Positions 36,390 through 46,705 of a DNA stretch of 64,000 nucleotides are shown in pieces; the stretch's first letter is position 1, and each line of letters starts with the position of its first letter. Position numbers and translations under genes: made by a program. The notes beneath the pieces were generated by a model. It was given only the letters and a program-made list of their open reading frames with translations, was not told the DNA's origin and did not search any database. Origin of the DNA: Schmidtea polychroa (Eukaryota); contig CM097885.1 in the NCBI GenBank assembly GCA_044892525.1, positions 16,058,001 to 16,122,000 of the forward strand. The letters run 5' to 3'.

Positions 36390-39282
36390 AATGTCATAAA
36401 TCATTGAATTTTGTTTTTAAGACTTAAAATGGAAATTTGAATGGTTTCCGATGAAGTTGGTTAACATTTGCCAATTTGAAGCAATTAATCCAAATCTAGC
36501 GATCAATGTTCTCAAATATAATAAAGATCCAATTAAACAAAAAACTAATGATATTTTCAAGAATCCGTTCATTGACTTGGTATATAGAAGTACTTCGACG
36601 GGATCTCAGATATATCTCCTATTGATTGAAGAAGGTAATATTTCCTTTAATCATTAAAAATATTAACTAAATTTAGAATTAAATTATCATTTTTTGGCTG
36701 TAACTAATCTCGATCGACTGCTGAATTACAGAGATAGAGTAGAAGGAGTCAGAATCCAATCACATTGGTGTCATACGTGTCTTCATGGGTTTCAAAAACG
36801 TCCTGCTTTTGAAAGACATATAGGTCTTTGTAGGAAGAATGTGGAGCGTACGACTCTATACTCAATGCCAGAGAATAAATATATCGAATTTAAAGATTGG
36901 AGTAAAACTATAAAACAGCAGTTTGTTGTCTACGCGGACTTTGAATCGATATTACCTCTAGATGACAAACACTTCCAAAAACATGAGCCGATTGCATCTG
37001 AATTTGTGCTTCTCCATCAAGGTTGTCCGATCCGAAATGAAACATTTGTTGGGAAAAACTGTATCATTCAGTTCATACAAGCATTGGATGATATAGCTAC
37101 AGACATAGTTTATCCGTGGTATAAAATTAATGGATCAAAGGAAATGATGGAACTCACTTGGGAAGAGCAGGAAGAATTCACGACTCAAACTCATTGCTAC
37201 CTTTGTAAAAAGATTATCAATATACCCGTTCGAGATCATGATCATTTTACTGGTCAATATCTCGGAGCAGCGTGTCAAGATTGTAATTTGGCTAGAAGAA
37301 TCAATCCGTCTTTACCTGTTGTATTTCATAATCTTCGTGGATATGACATTCATCATATATTAAAATATGCAATTGGAAAATTCCCAGATTGGAATTTAAT
37401 TGTTATTCCTCAATCAACAGAAAAGTTTCTCACACTTACAGCGACATCGAAAGGCAGAAGAATTAGATTCATTGATTCTTTACAATTTTTAAATAGCAGC
37501 TTGGCAAATTTATCAAAAAACTTGCCACGTCTTCCACTTACTTCAAAGATTTTCAATTCGCATCTAATAACTGGTAAAGGCATATTTCCTTATGATATTG
37601 CTACGTCAATGGATGTTTTACAGTCAATAACAGAATTACCATCGATTTGGGAGGGAGTTAGTCAAGAAGATTATATACATGCAAATCAAATCTGGCGACA
37701 ATATAACTGTGAGACACTGCTAGATTACATGCTAGTATATCTCAAGTTGGATGTTTTTGTGTTGGCCGATGTTTTTGAAGCTTTCAGAGAAAAAACATTT
37801 GACGAAGATGGACTTGAGGCTTTATCGTTTGTTTCCATACCCGGATTAAGTTGGGCATCAGCTATTAAACAGTTACCTGAACCGGTAGAACTCATTCAAG
37901 ATCCAGAGCTTTACCGTTTATTTGAAGCTGGTATTCGTGGTGGAATGACATTTATCAACAAACATCATGTTGAAGCTGATGAATCAACACAAATGTCATA
38001 CCTAGATGTTAATAATTTATATGGATGGGCGCTGTCGCAAAAACTTCCTATTGGTGAATTTAGATGGATAAATGATCATACTGAAATGAATGGTATTGTT
38101 GAAAGATGTGCAAATGGGGATGAGTTTGATGGAGATCGTGGATATGTTCTAGAGGTTGACATCGTCATTCCTGATAGTATACAAGATAAGCTAGATGATT
38201 TACCTATAGCTCCTGAGCTTTGTTATCCACCTGGTAGTAAAGTTGAAAAGCTGTTGTTAACTCATGAGCCTAAGAAAAACTATGTAGTTAATGGTAGAGT
38301 TTTGACAGAGTGGTTGAGTTACGGCGCAAAAGTCACAAAAGTTAATCGTGCTGTAGAATTCAAGCAAGTAGCTATTTTCAAACGCTATATTGATTACAAT
38401 ACTCAAATGAGAGCAGCTAGTACAGATTCATTTCAGCGAGATTATTATAAGTTAAAGAACAACAGTTTATATGGTAAAACCGTGGAAAACCTTAAGAAAC
38501 GTATAAATTTGAGATTATGCAGCAAAAGCAAAAGATTGATAACTTATTGTAGTAATCCTATGTTTCGTCGTAGCATCAAGATTGCGGATGATCTCATTGC
38601 TGTTATACTTGATAAGGAAATGGTGTGTTTAGATAGACCAATGTATATTGGACAAACCGTACTTGATTTATCTAAACTTCGCATGTACCAGTTTCAATAT
38701 AAAGAACTACAGAGTTATAGAGAAGAATTCAATTGTCAAATTAATATCGTAGCCGGTGACACAGATTCCTTCTTTTTAGAGTGTAAAAATGTTGATTTAC
38801 GCTTACAACTGTATCCAAAAATGATTGCCGATGGGCTCCTAGATACTTCAAATTATCCGGTGACTGATCCATTGTTCTCAGATAAAATTTGTTCGGTAAT
38901 CGGGAAATTCAAGGATGAGAATAAAGGAAATCAATATAAAGAATGGGTGTTTCTTCGACCCAAGTGCTACTCACTCCAAGGAGATAAAAACACTCTAAAA
39001 GCCAAAGGAATAAGTCTTACAAATTCTAATATCACCCATGAAGCCTATAAAAAAGTGTATACTGATGGTGGAACAGTGAGCATCCAACAAAAGAGAATAG
39101 GAAGTGTTAATCATCAGTTGTATACTTTCATTACTGAAAAACGAGCTCTCCAATGTTTGGATGAAAAAAGGTATTGGTTCAATTCTAATGAAAGCTATGC
39201 CTACGGTCACTATAAGATTCGTCAAATGCATATCGCAACTGCTCCGTCTACAAATGAATGCAAATCGAAACAAGAACTTTAA
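35261..39282 (+). CDS. Protein-primed family B DNA polymerase (Maverick type), right-arm copy, 7 exons, about 1236 aa
   Basis: Coding exons 35261 (A of ATG), 35309-35536, 35579-35635, 35677-36120, 36170-36331, 36422-36634 and 36677-39282 total 3711 nt in one frame. The spliced N-terminus restores the Maverick PolB motifs GSSYI.TP..L..INVQN.D..CFLYSILA and FP.KL..I..FE..NPN..INV. An EndoVII-like CYLC..RDHDH..C..CN insert is present. Confidence 0.9.
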
Positions 39283-41126
39283 CAATTAAATTTATGTGAA
39301 TAATAAAATATATATTGTGAATTATTTGACTTCGTTAATTAAAATATGTTTTATCATTTAATAATTCATTTGTCCAATTAATTTAGATAATTAGTTTTAA
39401 GTAAGAATTATTATTTATCATGAAAAACTTTGCTTTGTTTTGAAAAATTAATGCCCATTTTATTTAAATTAACACAGCTTTATTTTATGATAATTACCAA
39501 TTAAAATTTTATTCAAATTGAATAATTACTAATTAAAATTTTATTCAAATTGAAATATTATTGTTATAATTTACGCTCTTGTTAGAATATAATGTAAAAT
39601 TAAAAAATAAATAAATAATAATTAAATAACGTTGGCAATTAAAATAAAGTATTAACAAACAAATTAATTAATTAAATGTAATAAATTAAAAATTAACTAA
39701 AATAAGTAATTAAAGTATAACATCATAAAATAATTAACTAATAAAATTAAAGAGAAAAAAAAATAGAAGTAATTAAATAAAATTAAAAATAATAATAATA
39801 ATAATAATAATTAAAAAGCGTAAGTAATTAAAATAAAATATTAATAAACTAATAAATTAATTAAATGTAATAAATTAAAAATTAACTAAAGTAAGTAATT
39901 AAAATATAACATCATAAAATAATTAATTAATAAAATTAAAAAGAAGTAATTAAATAAAATGTTAATTTAAAAAATAAATGATTCGATTGGTCTATATTTG
40001 ATCTTGATATTCCATGACCTTGAAAGTGAGTTGGAGTCCTTACTATTCACTACTACTATATTGCGACACTTTGCGGAAATAGATTTTTGAGAATATATGC
40101 TATAATGAATTACCAATTGGATGCTACAAATAAAACAGGACTCGTTTCTCAAATAGGCAATATTTGATCATCTGATCATATTAAGTAGGTAGAAGTGAGC
40201 CCACGATGACTCATCGTTAAGGTCAACTTAAGGCCATAGAAAATTCTGAGGTCAATGTCATTTTCAGGACAATTTAAGGTCAATTTAAGCCATATAAAAG
40301 TCAAATTCTGAAGGCAAAGTTTATTTTAGGCCATTTTATGGTCAAATCTTTAGGTCAAAGTCGATTTTAGGCTATTTTAAGGTCAACGTTTGAGGCCAAA
40401 GTCTAATTTTTCCCAATTTAAGGTCAAATTTTAAGGTATTAGAAAATTTTAAGGTCAACCCCCTACCCCTAATTTTAGGGTCCTAGAAAATTTTAAGGTC
40501 AACCCCCCTACCTCCTAACCTTTAATTTTAAGGTCAAATTGAGGTCAAAATTAAAAATTTTCTTAAGTCCATTTAACGAATTACTTTATAGAAAATTTTC
40601 AAGTCAAAACACGTTTTAATACTACGTTTGCAAATGTCTTTGTTACACATGCATTTGCAAATGTCTTTGTTACTCATGCATTTGCATTGCAAATGTCTTT
40701 GTTACTCATGCATTTGTATTGCATATGTCTTTGTATTACACACCATAAGGATAGAAAAAATATTTCTAAGGGAGATCTAAAGTAAATGTGTGTAAAGGGC
40801 AATAAATAAGGGTAAAATCAATTTTTTTAAGAAAATACATGTAATTNNNNNNNNNNNNNNNNNNNNNNNNNNNNNNNNNNNNNNNNNNNNNNNNNNNNNN
40901 NNNNNNNNNNNNNNNNNNNNNNNNNNNNNNNNNNNNNNNNNNNNNNNNNNNNNNNNNNNNNNNNNNNNNNNNNNNNNNNNNNNTGTGTGTCTGTATATGA
41001 AAACATTGATAAGGAGCAATAAATATCAAATCAAATCTCTTATGTTTTACATATGACTATATTAACCAATCAGAATCATAACCAGTATTAGTATAAATAA
41101 AACAGAATATTTAAAATTAATGTACA

Positions 41127-41643
41127 ATGTCAAAATCAAATTTTGCAGAAAACATCTTAAAAAGTTTGGTTAATGAGAATATCGCACAAAGCCTCAGTTT
41201 CCTAGTTAAACAAATTGAGAAAATCATTGACGGAAACCATGTCGACTACCAAACCATGTTTGATATGGAATGCCTGGAGACGAAGAAATTTTATTTCAAT
41301 AGGATTTTCGACGGTCTTTTCGACGACCAAATGATAATAATCATAGGTTTTACCTATATGAAGATTATTATAGAAAAAAGTCTATATGATGCTGACCATT
41401 ATTATCTGTGGTCTCAAGAAGTAAATTATTATTATTATTAGTATTATTAATATTAATTTGTAGATAGTCAAATTCAAGTTTTCGCCATGGATCGATGCCA
41501 ATGGTGGATGGCACACACTAGTCGAACTTGCCCAGAACGCACAAGAAATAGAGCAAGCCAGAGCAAAAGTCAAAAATTATATGCGATTAGCCTTGGGAGT
41601 TGTTGTATTATATGTAATGTTTAAATATTTAAATAAAAGTTAA
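41127..41643 (+). CDS. Bcl-2-family protein, 157 aa, 2 exons (41127-41420, 41464-41643), with C-terminal TM anchor
   Basis: A 43-nt phase-0 GT-AG intron joins ..YYLWSQE|IVKFKFSPWIDANGGWHTLVELA, matching BH2 (BCL2 [27 protein letters not shown]). BH3-like IAQSLSFLVKQIE; BH1-like FNRIFDGLFDD without NWGR; tail LALGVVVLYVMFKYLNK. CCAAT and TATA lie upstream at 41065-41099. Confidence 0.75.
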
Positions 41644-41699
41644 TGTTGTTATTTATAAATATTATACTTTAAATATACACTCAAACTAAAATTTATTAA

Positions 41700-42040
41700 C
41701 ACATTCACATTCATCATCTCCGCATTTTATAACATTTTCAACGATATGATCTATACAATCGTTATATACACGCGGTTCGGTATACTTACTATTTTCAGTT
41801 ATATAATCCGTAAATTCCTCCTAAATTCATCAATAGGTTCATCAATTTCTTGAATGATTTCCTCGTCATCTTCTTGTGTGTTTTCTTCATTAATTTGTTC
41901 TGTTATTTCCTCATCAGTTTCATCAAATCTTGAATCTTCACTCTCGGCTACCTAGTCTATATTTAAGGCATTTGAAACAGATAATATATCCTCCATTTTT
42001 ACACCAGATATTTCTGCTAATTTTGCCAACAAAAGTTGAT
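41700..42040 (-). pseudogene. Small acidic protein, disrupted paralog of 43355-43645
   Basis: AKLAEISGVKMEDILSVSNALNID* versus EKLAEIAGVKIEDILSVTNALNIGW; both end KCGDD.CECVNKF-like. Confidence 0.6.
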
Positions 42041-42276
42041 TAAATGTTCTAAACAATTAATAATTCGATCATTAACTAACCATATTAACCTTTTTCTAAC
42101 GTCATTATTAACACTTTAAAACTATAATGTAAGTTTGTTTATAGAATGTCTTTGTTAAAGTTTGCATGTATTTTGCATTGATATTGCAATTTTCTGGTTA
42201 AGTAAATGAAAAACAAATAGAACAAAATACATTTATTAAATACATTTATTAAAAACAATAAATATAGCAACATTTA

Positions 42277-42699
42277 TTAAAATAGCTGTGAAAGTCTAGC
42301 AGACATAATTTTCCAAATTGGAGTATAAACATCATTATTATCAACTTTATATCCTTGGATTGCTATTGTTATATACCAATTTTCGTTTTCTTTAAAGCTG
42401 ATTTCATCAAAATAATCATAAAATCTTGCATATCGGTTGTTGAACCATGCATGTTGATTACATGATAGATTCACATCCAACCGTTTGAAAACCTCATCAA
42501 TAGATTTAACATCTATCATTGAAAGTGTGCCGGATAAGAATTGAAATTGAGTAGGAATTAGCTTGATCGGTGACACCAATTTTATATAGATTTCTTCTTT
42601 TAGAAAATGCATTTTGTAGTTGTGGAACATTTGAACAGGTTGTACAAGTTCTGCAACAACAACCTTTGGTTTTTCAGTGCTTGATATTTTCTTGGTCAT
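42277..42699 (-). CDS. Hypothetical 140-aa Maverick-associated protein
   Basis: Intact ATG-started ORF with an upstream TATA-like tatataaa. The C-terminal beta-rich ITIAIQGYKV..TPIWKIMSARL only loosely recalls viral OB-fold SSBs. Confidence 0.55.
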   Translation of the reverse strand: MTKKISSTEKPKVVVAELVQPVQMFHNYKMHFLKEEIYIKLVSPIKLIPTQFQFLSGTLSMIDVKSIDEVFKRLDVNLSCNQHAWFNNRYARFYDYFDEISFKENENWYITIAIQGYKVDNNDVYTPIWKIMSARLSQLF

Positions 42700-43014
42700 C
42701 GTGAATTATGATTGAATTGTAATGGTACAGGGTTTATATACCTATGAATATTGTTATAAACCAACCAAATTACACTATGTCTTTGTTTTAATTACATTCA
42801 AAATGCATTGATGTTGCATTNNNNNNNNNNNNNNNNNNNNNNNNNNNNNNNNNNNNNNNNNNNNNNNNNNNNNNNNNNNNNNNNNNNNNNNNNNNNNNNN
42901 NNNNNNNNNNNNNNNNNNNNNNNNNNNNNNNNNNNNNNNNNNNNNNNNNNNNNNNNNNNNNNNNNNNNNNNNNNNNNNNNNNNNNNNNNNNNNNNNNNNN
43001 NNNNNNNNNNNNNC

Positions 43015-43301
43015 TATTACTGCTTACTAAAAAAGATAATGGGACTCCGACCACTATTATCAGTGGTCTCAAGAAGTAATACTTTTATAATATATATATT
43101 TTAATAATATTTATTTTCTAGATAATCAAGTCCAAGTTTACACCATGGATTGAAGCCAATGGCGGATGGGGTGTATTGAACCAACTCGCCCGAAATGCCA
43201 AAGAAATCGACGAGCACAAAATAAAATTTAAAAATTATATAAAACTTGCAACAGGTGTTGCTATTTTGTATGTAATATGTAGATTTTTAAATAAAAATTA
43301 A
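43015..43301 (+). CDS. Second Bcl-2-family paralog, 3' part only (5' part lost in the gap, possibly frameshifted)
   Basis: DHYYQWSQE|IIKSKFTPWIEANGGWGVLNQLA..LATGVAILYVICRFLNKN*, with a 46-nt intron (43076-43121) at the same position as in the 41127 gene. Confidence 0.7.
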
Positions 43302-43354
43302 TGTAGTTATTTTGTTTTATTTTTTTTTTAAATAAATTTACAAACAATAATTAA

Positions 43355-43645
43355 CTAAAATTTATTAACACATTCACAATCGTCATCTCCACATTTCAAT
43401 ATATTTTCAACGACATGATCAATACAATCATTCTTAATATTTTTAGTATCTTTAGGTTCATCTATAGGTTCATCTATAGTTTCATAGATTTCCTTATCAA
43501 TTTCTTGAGTATCGGTTTCTTGAGTTTCTTCCTGATCATCAAATCCTGAATCTTGACTCTCAAGTACCCAGCCGATATTTAATGCATTTGTAACAGATAA
43601 TATGTCCTCAATTTTTACACCAGCTATTTCTGCTAATTTTTCCAA
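43355..43645 (-). CDS. Small acidic hypothetical protein (probably has an upstream exon)
   Basis: 96-codon open frame, D/E-rich middle and a Cys-containing end; it has a paralog at 41700-42040. Confidence 0.55.
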   Translation of the reverse strand: MEKLAEIAGVKIEDILSVTNALNIGWVLESQDSGFDDQEETQETDTQEIDKEIYETIDEPIDEPKDTKNIKNDCIDHVVENILKCGDDDCECVNKF

Positions 43646-43723
43646 AAAAAAGTTGATTAATAATTCTAAATAATATTAAATAATTCGTTAATTAATTAAT
43701 CATTTTAACCTTTTTAACAATGG

Positions 43724-44616
43724 TTATAAATATATTTTAACATGTATTGATGTATTCAGTCGATTTGGCCGATCGATTCCAGTCAAGGCAAAATCTGCAG
43801 ATGAAATGTCCAAAGCTGTTAATAATTTATTTAAAAAAGGACATCCTAATANNNNNNNNNNNNNNNNNNNNNNNNNNNNNNNNNNNNNNNNNNNNNNNNN
43901 NNNNNNNNNNNNNNNNNNNNNNNNNNNNNNNNNNNNNNNNNNNNNNNNNNNNNNNNNNNNNNNNNNNNNNNNNNNNNNNNNNNNNNNNNNNNNNNNNNNN
44001 NNNNNNAACAGTAAAGTCAAGCAAATCCTCAATAAATTTAAAATAAACCATTACTCAGTACATTCTCAATACAAAGCAGCCTATGTTGAAAGATTTAACC
44101 CAACTTTGAGAGATAGTTTAAAGAAATTATTTGTGCATCAAGGTAATAAAAAATGGGTAAATGTTTTACCAAAAATAATAAACAGTTATAATCATTCATC
44201 ACATCGAGGACTGAATGGATTAGGACCGATTGATATCACTTCAAAAACATTTTATTCAAAAAACATGTAAAAATACAAAACCTAAATATAAAGTCGGTGA
44301 CTATGTTAGAATTTGTAAAAGTAGTGCATCACCATTTATTAAAAATTTCGATACAAATTGGAGTGATGAAGTCTTTGTAATTTTGTAAGTAAATACTAGC
44401 AAGAGTCCTGTAATGTATGTCATTAAAGACAATGATAATAATGTTGTACAAGGAAAATTTTATGAGCAAGAATTACAAGTTATTCCTCCTCCAAAAGTAT
44501 TTAGAATTCAAAAAATATTGAAAACTAAAAAGGTTGGTAAGGATAAACAATACTATGTCAAATGGCATGGATATCAAAACCCATCATGGATATCAGAAAA
44601 GGACCTAGTAAAATGA
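43724..44616 (+). pseudogene. Maverick retroviral-like integrase with C-terminal chromodomain; 5'-truncated and disrupted
   Basis: GYKYILTCIDVFSRF, KAAYVERFN, KPKYKVGDYVRI, GKFYEQELQ, QYYVKWHGY..SWI. Stops near 44270 and 44390; the first catalytic D region is absent. Confidence 0.85.
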
Positions 44617-45570
44617 ATTTCTATACTATATTACCAAACAATAGCTGCCCATTTATTCATCCGGACAATCAAGCCAGCAAATTCATGGTCAATCTCCAGA
44701 ATCCGATTTCTTTAAATGGTGACTGGGAAGTTACACTGCAAGATTTTACATTCGTGTACAACACATTCCCATTTTATAGTCAATGTAAGATTGATTTCAA
44801 AAAGGAATGTTCTGAAAACATGTAGCGGTATCTTAGTTATCAGTAATTATGATAAAACATATCATATTCAGAATCAAATATAAGATCCGCATTGCTCTAT
44901 GTTTTACAAGGATGGATTAAATATCAGTTGTAATTTTAAACCATTTACAATAACATTCGAAACTATTGAAGATGCCAAACGATTGGGTTGCAATAAGTTG
45001 AAAAATGATGTTATGGAAACAGAATACTTATTACGTTTTGATCTATTTGAAGCAAACAGTTTAATGAAAGAAGAAATCAAAATATTAGTGTCGTATAATA
45101 ATGAAGTTGAGAAATCATTCACCTTTGCTGACGAATTATATATTGATAAACTTGATGTGTTACTTAAATATTTAAAGTACAATTGTTCACACATATTTAA
45201 AAGTTTGGACATTGTGAAAGATTTGTTGTTTACTTTCAGTTTAAATGGTGAAATTTGCGAAGTTACATTTGATAAAAATTTGACAAATACACTTGGATTA
45301 AAGAGGCAAAAATATCGAGGAAAAGCTGATGGTATACGTAAACCAAGAATACTTGAACATCATCAACAAATTTTCATATATACTAATATTATTGAGCCCA
45401 TAATTGTTGGTGATTCAAGTGTTCCTCTATTGAAATCAATATGGATTAGAAAATATGAACACGATGAAGTTGTCAATATAAATATCGATAATCCCATGCA
45501 TTTACCATTAAATCATAACATGAATTTATCCATTAAAGACAAAGGAAATTATACAATTCGCTATTGCTAA
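44613..45570 (+). pseudogene. Maverick minor capsid (penton, PX) gene, interrupted near 44825
   Basis: MNFYTILPNNS..PDNQASKF.V.LQNPISLNGDWEVTL and IFIYTNIIEPIIVGDSSVPLL. The ATG overlaps the integrase TGA (ATGA). Confidence 0.75.
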
Positions 45571-45619
45571 AGGTGCTTCATCATTCTATAAAGAACAAAT
45601 ATTTGGTGACAGAAGAATG

Positions 45620-46039
45620 CTTAATTTTTTCCTCATAACATTTCAAAGTGAAACTCAATATAATGGATCATAGACTACATCAAGCTCAATTTTCAAAAAC
45701 TTTGGTCTTACATCATTGACTTTGTCTAAAAATACTGATTATAGAGAATCATATACTCAAGATTTCGAAAGTGATAATTACTGTGCTACATTTATGCAGA
45801 GTATTGTTAGAAATTTGGGTTATTTAGATAAAAACTTAAATTGTGGAATAACTCTTGAAGAATTTAAAATCAAATACCCATTTTTCACATTTGTTTTAGC
45901 CCCCGATTTTGATTTAAATGAGAGTCAATTACCACAAAACGGGAATTTACGACTGGATATAAAGTTTTCAAGAGCCATTACTGAACCGGTACATGTTATT
46001 ATATATGGAGTATTTGAAAATGAAGTTCAAATTTCATAA
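45620..46039 (+). pseudogene. Maverick major capsid (PY) C-terminal fragment
   Basis: F.FVLAPD..QNGNLRLDIKFSRAITEPVHVIIYGVFENEVQI matches the double jelly-roll MCP C-terminus; the N-terminal part is missing. Confidence 0.75.
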
Positions 46040-46075
46040 ATAATAAACAACTGGTTCCAATTTCGCTTCCAAGGC

Positions 46076-46240
46076 CATTGAATTTATTAAAAAGAGAGCT
46101 TGAAGACTATAAATCAGTAATATATCGATGTTATATGAATTTCACTTGAAAAAGGCAGTGCCGAAAATTCGTGAGTATCAAAAAACATCGATATATTACT
46201 GATTTATAGTCTTCAAGCTCTCTTTATAATAAATTCAATG
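46076..46240. repeat. Foldback: 57-bp inverted arms (1 mismatch) with a 51-nt loop; related single-arm copies at about 2540-2680 and 20885-20955
   Basis: 46076-46132 is the reverse complement of 46184-46240. Confidence 0.85.
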
Positions 46241-46705
46241 TAAAAAATAATCAGTGGTGAAATTGGGAAAAAAGTTCTTGTAATACATGTTTAAGGATCT
46301 TCGAGGCTTTGTTAGAAGCAATTGTGGCTTTCAGGCCTCCTGAGTCTCAGATGCAGTAGTTGTAATTGTTGAATTAAATGTTTTCACCGAATTTTTGAAT
46401 AATGAACTTGGGGTCCCGATAATGAACAAGTACCACCAATTTACTTAAATCTCGTTTGACATGCGATGGAAACATAACATTCGAGAGTTCAGATAAAGAA
46501 ATTGAGAACTAAAGAAAAAAAAATTTTATATATAATTTCTACTAAATTCATTTTTTGCAAATTCATCTATTATTTTATTTGTATTAATCTGATTAAGAAT
46601 ATCTTTCTCAACATACAAAAGGGCCATATCATTCAATCTCTCTTCTCCCATAATGCTTCTTAAGTAATTTTTCACTGAAAACGATCTTTCTCCTATGCAT
46701 TAGAT

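Larger units (their letters stand above)
26601..40054. mobile_element. Palindromic (foldback) Maverick/Polinton derivative, 13,454 bp, non-autonomous
   Basis: Starts AGTAGT and ends ACTACT, flanked by ACTATA at 26595-26600 and 40055-40060. Arms 26601-~32614 and ~34027-40054 are near-perfect inverted copies, each with PolB. No integrase, capsid, ATPase or protease inside. Confidence 0.9.
40184..46039 (+). mobile_element. Second, rearranged Maverick/Polinton segment (integrase and capsid module plus cargo genes); right end not found
   Basis: Begins AGTAGGTAG where the hAT frame stops, followed by subterminal aggtcaa and tgcaaatgtctttg repeats, then integrase, minor capsid and a major capsid fragment. 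Shares TGACTCA and ACCAATCARAATCA motifs with the palindromic element. Confidence 0.65.

Noticed and set aside
26601-40054. Palindrome as a pure assembly artefact
   Set aside because: The arms differ by SNPs and indels, the spacer is unique, and the TSD plus restored hAT frame fit a real insertion. Long reads are still needed to exclude it fully.
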